DNA of 63,722 bases, counting the filler, from Octopus bimaculoides (lineage: Eukaryota), in the NCBI RefSeq assembly GCF_001194135.2. It is 5 parts of 5 records of this genome, joined end to end, with 100 filler letters (N's around TTAATTAATTAA, not from the genome) between each part and the next. Parts side by side here need not be neighbours in the genome. Positions count along the whole stretch, not along the records: positions 9,306 to 29,219 come from NC_068998.1; positions 29,320 to 39,985 come from NC_068992.1; 3 more parts are not named here. The stretch is one strand, 5' to 3'. Below are positions 24,086 to 36,679 of the stretch, piece after piece. Position 1 is the stretch's first letter. The number at the start of each line of letters is the position of its first letter. Below the pieces are notes generated by a model that had not been told where the DNA came from, did no database searches, and saw nothing but the letters and a program-made list of their open reading frames with translations. A program made the translations under genes and the position numbers.

Positions 24086-24290
24086 TATGGTGAGGTGCTG
24101 AAAAGTTCCTGGCTCTGGGTAAAAGAAAATATGAGATGATCAGTTAATTATGATTTTATGTAACATATTCCCCTCTCAGATTTACACACTTATTGCAGTG
24201 GTCCTACAGTTTTTCTAAGCCCTGTAAAAGAACTCAGGAGGGTTTGCTTCTAACCAGGCCTTTCGTGATACATTTCAGCATCCCCTTGTA
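24086..24290. mobile_element. mariner-type MITE
   Basis: TA-bounded inverted ends tatggtgaggtgctgaaaagttcc / tttcagcatccccttgta; no ORF. Confidence 0.65.
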
Positions 24291-25146
24291 TAACATATTT
24301 AAATTATTAGTCTCATTGTCCATGTTAGATGACAAATACAACTGTATATTACTTAAAGAACATTATTGTGTGTAAATCTGTCATGTTTTAACATTCACCT
24401 GCAACATTAACTTGGAACTAAGTTCACCACTAACATATCTGTTTGAATGAGATGGTTGGAGTTCCTAAAGCTCTAATGATACACTCTGATATTTCTTTTG
24501 CAAGATTGATTATTGTGTGTAAGGCAGCAGGTGATGTGAAGGTTATCTTTTGCAGAAATATCTATTTCATATCCATTTCAGAGAAATTGACAAATACATT
24601 TTTGTTTCTGTTTGCTTTTGCTAAATTCACATACTGTATAAGATGCTCAGTCAGTACTGAACATCATTTAGCCTTGATGCACTCTGAAGATAATTTCTCT
24701 CTGAAGATAATTTCTTTTGTTGAGTGCTTTCATTTCAAAATTTTTTATTACTGTATCTTTATGCCTACAACAACTGTTAAGTTAGACAATTTAGATTTTA
24801 ATCAACAGCTAATATAAGTAGCCATTACATATTGTAAAGCCTATCCAAACACTTTTGTTTTTCCAATCAAATACATCATGGATAAAGGAGGGCTACAAGA
24901 AAGAAAAGCAAGAAAAAGATTGATAAAGACATCATCAACCAAAAATATTAAAGAAAGACAATGATTGAGGGAAGAAAGTAAAAAAGGAAAAGACAAAGGG
25001 TTAACAGTTAAAGAATCCGAAAGTGAATGAAAGCAATTGAAAAAAAAAGGTGTTGCAATGCTAAGGTTAATGAGATTTGCAATAGAGTACAAATTTTTCC
25101 TACTCATTTATATGAATAGATGATTGGAGTCAATAGTATTCCAGAA

Positions 25147-25345
25147 GGTGAGCATTATGGAAAGTATGTTATTGTACTAAGAATTAAACTGTGACCTTCT
25201 GAAGCCACTTAGCCATTTACATATATGTACTTGCAGGTTGCAGTTTGAAATGGCTTTTGCAATGACAGTCAAGAAAACCAAATGTCATTGTATAGAACTG
25301 AACTATTTGCACATGAACAGTTGTGTGAAGCTGTATCAAAAATGA
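25147..25345 (+). pseudogene. Helitron RepHel (Pif1-like helicase) C-terminal remnant
   Basis: GKYVIVLRIKL*PSEAT*PFT..LQVAV-EMAFAMTVKK...LFAHEQLCEAVSK resembles PRIxLxPS..LPF..RxQFPVRLAFAMTINKSQGQ...FSHGQLYVALSR. Confidence 0.65.
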
Positions 25346-26264
25346 TACAGGGTGGTGCAGATATAATACCAATGTCAAGAAAAGCCATCAGTATTATGTG
25401 CATTGAGGTTTCCCAAATTCAAAACTTGTTTGATCACTTTATATGATCTGTTCATATAATTTAGATAAATTCATATATTCAAATATATGTTTTAGAACAT
25501 TTTTTTTGTCCTATTTTTAAATCATCAACAGGTGTGCTCTGCCAAGACAGAGCACCTTTGTCTACATTACATGAAGTTCATACATCAATCAGTGAAGAAT
25601 ATTTCATTTGTGCATTTATTGCTTATGTAGTCATGATATGTGTATTGTTATATACAGTGAAGTCACATTATGATTTCAGGTTTTGTTTAGAAAGGAATTA
25701 GAATTTATAGAAATAAGGTCCATTCATTCAAGTATTAGTCACGGTGTGATTTGGGGTTTGGAGTATTTATTGTCAAAAGGAAAAAACTAATTGAAAGAGA
25801 GGAATTCTAAGTTTCTGGTTGGTGGACGTTTGATGTTTGGATGTTCATTGATAGAGGTCATTTTCATCAGTGTTTATGTATGTAAGTGTGTAGATATGTC
25901 TGCATGTGTGCACATATGTATGTACAGGTAAATGTAAGTTTATGTTCTGATATGTGTGCCTGTTCAAGTTGTATATATGACTGCTACTCTGTTGAAGGTT
26001 GTATATATATATATATATATATATATATGTTCCTTTCACCATCTAACAGTGAATAGATACAATGTCTTAGATACATACATGCAAATATAAACCTACCTTT
26101 ACATATGTAAGAGCACACACAATCATATAAATATGTATGCACACACATATATATGTATAATCTTACAGTATACACATATATATGACTCTGTTTTCACAGA
26201 CAACAGTTAAACTCAAATACTTTTTTTGTATTTTACATAGACATATATATATATCTATCTATAC

Positions 26265-26780
26265 CATAGTGGAGAAAGTTTCTTATTAATTAGGTATGTA
26301 ACAATTACTAAAAGTACTACAAAGAACGCATTTATTAAAGGGTTGACTGTGTGGAAATATCTTTATAAATTCATGTTCTAAGAAATTTCCTATAATTTCG
26401 ATTTCTCACGTTTCTTGAATTTTTTTAATTCAATTTCTTGCAAATTTAAATATTCATTGCATTAACTGCGTCCAATTCACTTATTTAAATATTCATTACA
26501 TTCACTGTGGATATTCCATTTTCATTTGCCAAATCTCTCACTTGCTCTTTAAGTTTTCATTCACTATTTGGAAAACCGACAGTTTATTCTATTAATGTAT
26601 ACATAATTTATTATGTATTATTCTATTAATGTACGCATAATTTATTATTTATTGAATGAAAATTTTTAAAATACCCATATAATTTTTGAATGCAAGGTAG
26701 TTGTCAAAAGAGCCTAGAAAGTTGGGTAATTACTTTTAGAAGGCGAGGAATAAAAAAGGTTACCACTAAACTTGCACCTT
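26265..26780 (-). mobile_element. possible ancient hAT transposase C-terminal remnant
   Basis: Fragments LKEQVRDLAN and FLEHEFIKIFPH resemble the hAT dimerisation region; TAGTGG at both ends in inverted orientation. Confidence 0.3.
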
Positions 26781-26887
26781 ATTCACAGTTTCCAAACACT
26801 CTGTGCCACTAAGCCAACATATACACAAAGAAGTTGCACACACACATAGATACACATGCACACAAATGAAAGGCAATGAATGTGTGT

Positions 26888-26929
<42 letters not shown>

Positions 26930-27051
26930 TTGCTGTTCATTGACAACACGTACTGCATTACTTTTGTGAAGTTTTGTTAGTGAACAGGTCGTGGTTTTAA
27001 AGCAAAGAAAATATTTTGACACAAATGAAATTTTAATGTTGAAATGAAACT

Positions 27052-27256
27052 GGTACTACTTAAATACAGAGATCCCTTAATGGTATTACTTAGATACAGG
27101 TGTTATGTACAAAACATTTTAAATGTACACAGTGTGGACGTGTAATGACACTTAAACCCTAACCCTAAAACTAGCCCTAGCCTTAACCCCAAAACTAACC
27201 CACCCCCTTCATATTGATACATAGATGCATCAGGACCTCTGTATTTAAGTAGTGCC
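27052..27256. mobile_element. Merlin-like MITE with internal CCCTAA-type repeats
   Basis: 24-bp TIR (22/24 identity) starting GG; perfect 8-bp TSD atgaaact at 27044-27051 and 27257-27264. Confidence 0.8.
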
Positions 27257-28399
27257 ATGAAACTAATGGTTTCTGTGTGTTCTTGAATGGCTTACAAACA
27301 TCTTACGTTGCAATTGTTTTTGTTTAAGCACATGATCTCAGATCAAGTCACTTGCTATGCAAGTACATATCCGCTTTTTTTTAAATCACTGTGGATAAAT
27401 GCCAGTAATGACCTTCTCAGGCTCTCCAAAATTTTAATTTATAAACGGAAACAATTGGGGGCAGGAAGTGGGGTTGCAAAAAATTCATAATTTCTCAAAT
27501 TTTCTTTTTTTATAGTATACGAATGTATTTATGGGGGAAAATATTGAAAAACATCAATACATGCGAGAGTGATAAAGAAATGAGGAGGGTTGTCTTTGAA
27601 TATGTTAGAAACAACAGCCAAATTGCCCTTAAATCATTCGCTTTTCTCTCTGAAAATATTAACAATTTTTTAAAAAATTACTGAAAATGCTCTTCCTATG
27701 GTTTTGAAGTGCAAAAAAATTGGCCAAAATAGGTCCAGAATGGGGTGATGAGGGAGGGGCTGTAAAAAAAGCGTTTATAAAACCTTTTTCATACAAAGAT
27801 GTGTCCCCCCACCACCACCAACCCCTCAATTCAAAGGCTGTGGTTAAAAAAAAAAAAACGAAGAAAATCCCTGAAAAAATTTTCCCCACAAATTTCTTTT
27901 TAATCGTAATCTATGCCATTTGAAAGGGATTTGTATCTTTTAATGAAAATTTATATGCCCTTTTATTTATATGATTTTTTCATTTCATGTTCATTTCATT
28001 CATTGTTTGCAATGTTCTCTCTCCCTGTTTTCTCTCTCACACACACTGCAAAGCTTACAGAAGGGCTACTGAATTAAAATCTCTATGTTACTTTGAGGGG
28101 AAGATAAAGCTTAACAAACTGCTTCTCCTTCTGTTGTTGGACTACGATGATGTTTGTTTAAAAAAGAGAGATGATGACTGTGATAAAATAATGAAAGTAA
28201 TGCTTACTAAAAAAGTGAGCCCTATTTTACAAAGAAATAATTAGGCATAAAATATAAAAAGTATTAGAATTTGGAATCAAATGTGAAAATATTATCAAGG
28301 GGCTAGCAGAAAACCGCCTGAAGGGTGGTACACACAGACCCATACGTACATGCATATACAAACACACATGCTAAAATACACATACCTCCAAATTTCAAG

Positions 28400-28830
28400 T
28401 CACTTCTAAGAAAGGCTTAATTCATATCAGAGAAAGAAATAATACAAGTAACAAACTGTGGAGACTCTCATTGTGGGACATGTGAAATAATTGAGCAAAG
28501 CACAACCAGAAGATTGAAGAATGGGAAGGGACTGAAAATGAATGCAAACATAAATTTCAAAACAAAAATTCTCATCTACTGCATCACATGCCCACAATGT
28601 AATATGAATCATTTTGGAGAAACAGGGACAAAACTAATCAGTCATTTAAACGTGCATAAACAACAAATGAAAGATTCATCTCTTAAAAATGTTCCAAGTA
28701 GGAAACATATAGACAGTTGTGCAAATGAAAAATTTAAATATTTCCCTCTTATGAAATAAAAGACGAAAATGGTTAACTATGAAAGGCAAAAGAAGAATAG
28801 TTTATGAAAATTTTAAATTCGAAACTAAAC
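28400..28830 (+). pseudogene. Penelope-like element GIY-YIG endonuclease fragment (Zn-finger-linker type)
   Basis: VTNCGDSHCGTCEII...NANINFKTKILIYCITCPQCNMNHFGETGTKLISHLNVHKQQ...KAKEE*FMKILNSKLN. Confidence 0.8.
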
Positions 28831-28914
28831 TGGAAATAGTCAACATTTAAAATAGACAAAACCCCTTTTACAAAGCAGAATATGAAAATGATCATCTGCA
28901 AGAATACTTTATCA

Positions 28915-29218
28915 TTATCATCATCATCATCGTTTAACGTCCGCTTTCCATGCTAGCATGGGTTGGACGATTTGACTGAGGACTGGTGAAACCGGATGGC
29001 AACACCAGGCTCCAATCTAAATTTGGCAGAGTTTCTACAGCTGGATGCCCTTCCTAACGCCAACCACTCAGAGAGTGTAGTAGGTGCTTTTACATGTCAC
29101 CTGCACGAAGGTCAGTCAGGCGATACTGGCAACGGCCATGCTCGAAATGGTGTCTTTTATGTGCCACCCACACAAGCCAGTCCAGGGGCACTGGCAATGA
29201 TCTTGCTCGAAAATCCTA
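28915..29218 (-). mobile_element. SINE-like repeat with a (GAT)n tail (RTE-type tail)
   Basis: (CAT)n-cgtttaacgtccgctttccatgc...ctggatgcccttcctaacgccaacc; truncated by the gap; family assignment is by recognition. Confidence 0.55.
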
Positions 29219-30566
29219 CNNNNNNNNNNNNNNNNNNNNNNNNNNNNNNNNNNNNNNNNNNNNTTAATTAATTAANNNNNNNNNNNNNNNNNNNNNNNNN
29301 NNNNNNNNNNNNNNNNNNNATATATATACATACATACACATATATGTATATATACACACATATATAATATGTATTTATGTATATATGTATACATATATAT
29401 ATACACATAGACATATATACATATATATAATATATATGTATGTGTATACACACATACACACATATATAATATCTATGTATGTTATTATGTACACACACAC
29501 ACACACATATCATATCTAATTTAATGTACACATTACGAAGATACTAGCTATTGATAGTTTCTTGCTTGGATACGCGTGTCTAGGCAGGTTTTTCTAACAC
29601 GTCTTGTGTCTCCAAGCAATTCTCAGGCTCTGAGCACATGGCCCATTCAATCTGAAATCGGTGGTGTAGGTATATTCTTAGCAGAGTAATCCATGTGACA
29701 TAAATCCACAACAAAGTGTAAATTAGTAGTGTAAATGTATCTATCACGCGAAACCTATGGAGATTAGGAATTCGAAGTAGAAAACTACGTGTTGGAGGTA
29801 TATAATTAATTGTTCCATTGAGACAAGATCACCAAAAAAGTCCTGCATTCAGTGAGAGATATCATTGAATGTTGCACGTGTCTTTATACTGTCTACATTA
29901 AACGGTATTTATCTTTCACTGGATGAAGCACTTTTTGTCGATTTTCCTTTAACGGAACATTAAACTATATATATATATATATATATNNNNNNNNNNNNNN
30001 NNNNNNNNNNNNNNNNNNNNNNNNNNNNNNNNNNNNNNNNNNNNNNNNNNNNNNNNNNNNNNNNNNNNNNNNNNNNNNNNNNNNNNNNNNNNNNNNNNNN
30101 NNNNNNNNNNNNNNNNNNNNNNNNNNNNNNNNNNNNNNNNNNNNNNNNNNNNNNNNNNNNNNNNNNNNNNNNNNNNNNNNNNNNNNNNNNNNNNNNNNNN
30201 NNNNNNNNNNNNNNNNNNNNNNNNNNNNNNNNNNNNNNNNNNNNNNNNNNNNNNNNNNNNNNNNNNNNNNNNNNNNNNNNNNNNNNNNNNNNNNNNNNNN
30301 NNNNNNNNNNNNNNNNNNNNNNNNNNNNNNNNNNNNNNNNNNNNNNNNNNNNNNNNNNNNNNNNNNNNNNNNNNNNNNNNNNNNNNNNNNNNNNNNNNNN
30401 NNNNNNNNNNNNNNNNNNNNNNNNNNNNNNNNNNNNNNNNNNNNNNNNNNNNNNNNNTATATATATACATACATTCATATATATAAACAGCAGTTTGCAA
30501 TGTTTCACCACAATGGAGAAATATAATTGTCACTGAATGTGACTAGGGTGTTAGGAAACACCTACG

Positions 30567-31000
30567 TTGCTAGAAATAAGAGCTAAACTGCTCTAATGTT
30601 GTATATAACGCATATGAATGTAAACATTAATCGTCCGAAAAATGCCGGTCTTTGTAATACTCTATTCACATTTAGTGACATTTATAATTCTCCATTTTGG
30701 TGAAACATTACAAACTGCCGTTTATTCTAATTTTATAAATACACATTAGCGAAATGCTAAATCAGCCATTAATTTGGATGACGAAAAGATATATACTAAT
30801 AGAGAAGCAAATCTGATAAGAGCCAAACTTTCGAGCCAGTCTTAACTGATGAGGCAACGGAGTTTGCTGAAAGTGACGTCAGTCTTAAGAATTCTCGATC
30901 GGCATTTTTCGGACGATTGAGATCCCTGTTAGTGTATATGTTTACAATTATGTACGTTGACCACAGCATTAGAGCATTTAATCTCTTACTTCTAGCAATG
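30567..31000 (+). mobile_element. hammerhead-bearing repeat with an inverted 5' partial copy (PLE-like)
   Basis: 30567-30648 is an inverted homolog of 30900-30998; a hammerhead motif lies between them. Confidence 0.6.
30840..30890 (+). ncRNA. type-I hammerhead motif
   Basis: tcttaa CTGATGA ggcaa-cggagt-ttgct GAAA gtgacgtcagt C ttaaga; stem III is one mismatch from the 12-nt palindrome ACTGACGTCAGT. Confidence 0.7.
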
Positions 31001-31460
31001 TGTGTGTGTGGGTGTTAATCTGTATTTTTCTGTGTGTTCGTTCCATTTTTGCGTCTGTTATTTTATTTTTGATCTTCTGTATAAATGCAGCTATATTCTT
31101 AAATTTGCTGTTTTTCTTTACACAGAAAATACAATCTATGAACCATCCAAAGAGACACATCTGCACCACCGGATGCTCTTGAACCAGTTGTTAAGTATCC
31201 CAGCCGTGAGGGATCGATGTTAGATGTGTCGAAACAATTGTGATTAAATATTCTTGTATCTCCCATCTTCCGTCTTTCATTTACCGTATCTATCTATCTA
31301 TCTACATATATATGTATATGTAGATAGAAACATATACATATATATATACCTATTTACACACACACACACATATATATGCCCCCATAGGTGTAAGAATATG
31401 TGTATGTAGGCATGCAACTGTATATATTTATATACATACATACACACACACACACACACA

Positions 31461-31500
<40 letters not shown>

Positions 31501-31610
31501 GGTGTCTCTGTGTGTTTTTTTATTTGTATTTATTTGCGTTTATGTATTAATTAATACTACTTTAAGAAAATCTATTTACCAATATCGTATATGCATGAAG
31601 ACATTTTTCA

Positions 31611-31642
<32 letters not shown>

Positions 31643-31697
31643 CACATACATATATAAATGTATATATATGCATATATATATATATATACGTATACAT

Positions 31698-31804
<107 letters not shown>

Positions 31805-32799
31805 TATATACACACACATATATATGCATATATATATATACATACATATATACACACACACACACGCATATATATATGTATATATATATATGTGTGTGTG
31901 TGTGTGTTGTGTGTGTGTGTGTTGTGTGTGTGTGTGTGCGTGTGTGTGAGAGAGAGAGAGATAATACATGAGTAAGAATGTGTGAAGAGCAGAGCTGTGG
32001 TCCATTACCAACTTTTCTAGATCAACTTCAGCGGTTGTTCTGAGCGCGTATTGTACAACGCCATTATTCAAGTGACAAATGAATGTCATAGGTCGGTGCT
32101 TGTGGTTAACATTGTCACCGGTGTAACGACAACACATTGAATGGCACAATGACAACAGTAACAATAACAACATCGACAACGCTGACGACGACAGCAGCAA
32201 CTGTAAGAAATGAGAATGTGGAAGAAAAGCAAGGAAGGAAATGAAAGAGACGGTAAGAGGTGAGCAGTGTAAGGAGGAGGAGGAAGGAGAAGGGGAGGTG
32301 AATGAGGGGGAGGTGGAGGGAAGGAGAGGGTGAAGGGAGGAAGGAATGGATGTGGAGGAGGAGGAGATGGCGGAGGGAGAAAGGGTAGGAGGAGGAGGAG
32401 GAGAGGGAAGAATGAAATGGATTGTGAGAAAGATGAATGGGAAGAGAAGAGCGGGAAAGAAAAGATGGAGAATTATAACAGCAACAAACGCTATCACCGC
32501 TATCACCCCGCATCCGCACGCCCCCCCCCACCAACAACAACAGCATTAACAACAGCAACGACAACATCACCACTACCACCACTACCACTGCCAATAACAA
32601 CAACAATGGCAACAACGACATCACCACCAACACCACCTCCACAACAACAACGACAATAACAACAACAATAATGATGACAACGACACCACTACCACCACCA
32701 CCAACAACAACAACAACGCCATCGACACCACCACCACCACCACCACCACTAGAAGCACTACCACCAATGCCACCACCATCACCACCGACACCACATTTT

Positions 32800-33165
32800 G
32801 ATGGTATTCTCTCGTAGTCCCAGAACTTCTTGCTGAACGACCTTCTCAATCGATTTTGTTTATACGGATCAAATGTCTGTGCTGTAAATTAGACCCCGCC
32901 ACTCCATGAAATCAACGTTACTTGGACAGGTGTTCGACAGGTGTACCACGCATCAGGTGTCGACGTGATCAAAGAGCAACGAGAGATGAAGTGCTTTTTA
33001 CCGACCTGTCCAGGAATTGAAACCACGATCTCGCGATCATGATTGTAACATCGCTGACCTCTCATGGAGACAAAAGTAACTGCGGCAGTACTTGAACTCG
33101 GAACGTAAACGGATGGAACGAATGCTGAGAAGCATTTAGTCCGGCACACTAACTACTGAACCAGC
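32800..33165 (-). mobile_element. composite degenerate SINE fragments
   Basis: aaatgcttctcagc...ttccgagttcaagt head fragment, gatcgtggtttcaattcc B-box-like motif, and a tail-like continuation. Confidence 0.5.
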
Positions 33166-34201
33166 TCACCACCTTCTACCAGCGCCACAACCACCACCAC
33201 TGTCAACGATACTACCATCCTCACCGCCACCACCAGCAACACAAAACGTCACCGCTACCACCACCACCGCTACCACCGCAACCACATCCACCACAACTAA
33301 CAATGCCACCACCACCACCACTGCCACCGCCACAACAGCAGTCAAGTCAGCAACACCACCATCACCACCACCAACAACAACAACATCACCATCACCAACA
33401 ACATTACAGCTACCACTACCACCGCTACCACCACCACAACCACCATGCCACCACCACCACCACCACAACCACATCTGCCACCACCAGCACCACCACGACG
33501 ACGACGACCACCACCACCACCATAGCCGTTAAAATAGCCAAACGTACTTAGAAGTGGTGAAAAAAAAGCATGAGAAATGTGAAGAAACATTATTAAAAGA
33601 AAGTTTGCGGCCCTGTATGGAGTTTTATTGGTTGGTTTCACTACTTAGAGATGGAAGATTTCTCTGACTACAAGTGACATTGATGAACCAACAGAAGACG
33701 GCTTCTATGTGGTCGATACGGAAATATCCTTCAAACGACATCCATGTTAAATAAGGAAAATTGCATTGGATAATGTGGTGTTTCTCAGAAAGACAGGATG
33801 GTTGCATCTGGAACCAGGTTGAACAAGACTCAGCGTATTTAGGGCCGACTTGGGGTAACAACGCCAACAAAAACAGCAAGGAAGTGACATCAACAGCAAC
33901 AACAACGATATCAACAACAACTTCAAGGACAAGAACAACAACACTGACATTATTGACAATAAAACATATCGGTTGAAATATATCTCTATCATGGTTGATC
34001 TTTTAGGGATTTGTAAGGATTGGGGCTACCTTATAGAGTTGTTTGTAGTGCTTGTGATGAAAGACGTTCCATCTGTGACCATACTAATCGATTTTAAGCA
34101 GACATAGTATATCTGTTCTATATTTAAGTGATGAAGAATTATGTACGTTATTTACATTATTTACATCTGACGGATATTTTGTCCTCATCTTTTTTGTTAT
34201 T

Positions 34202-34247
34202 AACACAACGTTTCGACTGATATAACCTCCAGTCTTCATCAGGTGTC
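34202..34247 (-). ncRNA. minimal type-I hammerhead in the inverted pLTR
   Basis: gacac CTGATGA a gactg-gaggttatat-cagtc GAAA cgt t gtgtt; palindromic ACGT in place of stem III. Confidence 0.75.
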
Positions 34248-34507
34248 TTGGGGAAATTTCGAACCTGTATGGAAAAAATGGAGACCACCTCATGCATGGA
34301 AAAACGGAGACCCTCACCCCCGAGGGATGAAGTTAAAATAATAGAGAGAGAACACCACTGGAAAATACGAAAACTAAAAGAAGCAGCACATAGGCTAGGA
34401 AACAACAACCTCCTAAGAAGACCGAGTGCAGATATGAGTAGCATATGGGAACCGGTATTCAGGAAGGAGAGGAAAATATTAGATTTATAAGCCCTAAAAT
34501 TCACTCC

Positions 34508-34570
34508 ATGGCGTAGTGCTTAAGAGCGCGGGCTACTAACCCCAAGATTCCGAGTTCCATTCCTGGCAGT
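34508..34570 (+). promoter_or_regulatory. tRNA-like Pol III internal promoter within the PLE 3' region
   Basis: A-box-like tggcgtagtgc (34509-34519) and B-box-like gagttccattcc (34552-34563) at tRNA-like spacing. Confidence 0.65.
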
Positions 34571-34572
34571 GA

Positions 34573-34647
<75 letters not shown>

Positions 34648-34705
34648 CAACAACAACATCGAAAAATACCTTAGGAATGAGAACCCAGGTTCAAAAATTT
34701 CCCAA

Positions 34706-34751
34706 GATACCTGATGAAGGCTGGAGGGTGTATCAGCCGAAATGTTGTGTT
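34706..34751 (+). ncRNA. minimal type-I hammerhead in the 3' pLTR
   Basis: gatac CTGATGA a ggctg-gagggtgtat-cagcc GAAA tgt t gtgtt; stem II covaries with the 34202-34247 copy. Confidence 0.7.
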
Positions 34752-36679
34752 AACAAGAAACAAGATGAGGACAAATATCCGTCAAATGTAAATAGTGTAA
34801 ATAATGTAAATAATGTATCAGGTTAGAAGAAATGGTGACTAGAACTAGATTGTCTATTGTACCTTAGACAACAAGGTTCACTTTGAAAGATTCGGCTGCT
34901 ATTTCTAGTCGGTCAAGCGATCACATACAGGTCCCCTTGCTGGTTCATGCAATAAACTAATTGTTGCTCTTGTTGTTGTTGTTTTCGCTGATGTTGTTGC
35001 TGTTATTTATTTTGCCTTTTTAATACAGGTCTGGCTTGATCCATCATATTCCACGATCAAAGGCTTTCCAGTCGTGACCAACCATCCTTGACCCTTTGTA
35101 CACAAAACCCAGAACTGCATGATATTAATGTCTCCTTCTTGCAAGACCCTGGTCTGTGTGTGTGTGTGTGATTTGAGGGTCATTTGGCTGCTATTTTTAG
35201 GTGACGGTGAGGAAGGTTTGGAAGATAGTTTTGGTAGATATGAAGACGGAATGGCGGAGCAGCGGGGTGGAGGATACACTATAACACTAGTTGTAGTAGT
35301 AGTAATAGTAATAGTAGTAGTAGTAGTTGTAGCAGCAGCAGGAGTAGTAATAGTAATAATAGTAGAGTTGTAGTAGTAGTTGTAGCAATAGTAGTAATAG
35401 TAGTAGTAGTAGTGGAAGCAGCAGCAGTAGTAGTCGTAATAGTAATAGTAGCAGTAGTAGTAGTAGCAGTAGCAATAGCAGTAGTAACAGCAGCAGCAGT
35501 AATAGTAGTAATAGTAGTATAAGAAGTAGTAGTAGCAGTAACAGTGGTAGTGGTAGTAGCAGCAATAGTAGTAGTAGCATTAGTAGTAGCGGTGGCGCTG
35601 GGTGTTTATAGAGGTTCTGGAGCTGGTGGTGATGATGGTAGTGGTTGCAGTGGTAGTGGTGGTGAACGTAGCGGTTGCAGGGTGGGTGGTGAGGGTAGTG
35701 GTCATGACGGTATCAGTGGCGCGATGGCAGTGAAGGCGATAGTATAAGTGGAGGTGGTGGTGGTAGTGGTGGTGGTGGTGGTAGTGGTGGTGGTGGTGGT
35801 TGTGGCGATGATGACGGTGGTGGCAGTAACCATGGCAACGAGGGTGACTGGTGGTAGTGGTGATGATGGGAGTAGAGCCTTGTGGTGGTGGAAATAGAAG
35901 TGGTGACAGTGGGAGGGTTAAAAGCAGTTGTGGTGGTGGATGTAGTGGCGTTACTGATGGGGTTGGAGGTNNNNNNNNNNNNNNNNNNNNNNNNNNNNNN
36001 NNNNNNNNNNNNNNNNNNNNNNNNNNNNNNNNNNNNNNNNNNNNNNNNNNNNNNNNNNNNNNNNNNNNNNNNNNNNNNNNNNNNNNNNNNNNNNNNNNNN
36101 NNNNNNNNNNNNNNNNNNNNNNNNNNNNNNNNNNNNNNNNNNNNNNNNNNGGTTGTTGTAGCAGTGTTGGCTGTAATGATGGTGGTGGTAGTTGCAGTGG
36201 TAGTAGTGAATATAACAATATTAGTTGTAGTGGTAGTAGTAGTGATGAAAACGGTAGCAGTGGTGGTAGTGGTGGTGGTGGTGGTGGTTGCAGTTGTTGT
36301 TGTTGTTGTAGTGGCTGTGGTAATTATAGTAATGTTGTTGATAATTGATTGACGAATGGTGCTAACAATGATATTAATGGTATTAATGGCGCTGGTGGGG
36401 GCGGTGTTGATGATGTCTTTGATGGCAGGGTGGGGGGTACATTGCGGGTATCATCTACCCGTGTTCAGCAATTTGAATATCAACCCTATATTTAACATTG
36501 CAACCATCTCACTTTATTTCATTCTATTCAAAGTTGTTATATTACAATGGTTGTTGTTCTTACTGTTGTTGTCGCAGCTTTTGTTCGCGCTTTTGGAGAT
36601 GATGTGATTGCTGTTGTTGTTGTTGTTGTTGTTAGCGGTGGTGGCGGCGTTGATGGATGTAGTATACAGCATATAGACG

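Larger units (their letters stand above)
34113..34820 (+). mobile_element. 5'-truncated Penelope-like element: inverted pLTR, GIY-YIG end, tRNA-like head, (AAT)n, pLTR
   Basis: 34113-34268 is an inverted copy of 34685-34820 and beyond; ORF end DEVKIIEREHHWKIRKLKEAAH...SSIWEPVFRKERKILDL* (stop at 34490). Confidence 0.8.
32130..36420. repeat. blocks of cryptic trinucleotide repeats (CAC/CAA, GTA/GGT, AAT)
   Basis: Low-complexity runs at ~32130-32780, 33170-33530, 34580-34655 and 35280-36420; the ORFs here are homopolymeric. Confidence 0.85.

Noticed and set aside
24443-24817. 124-aa ORF in unique sequence
   Set aside because: No recognisable motif or splice structure, non-ATG start, AT-rich; cannot be supported
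28970-29000. CTGAGGA ctggt GAAA motif
   Set aside because: Only 5 nt between the core elements, so no stem II; part of a SINE-like repeat
32780-32880. Apparent minus-strand exon QTFDPYKQNRLRRSFSKKFWDYER with a ctaatttacag acceptor
   Set aside because: It directly continues the SINE-like fragment at 32880-33165 and resembles a repeat tail; no good donor follows
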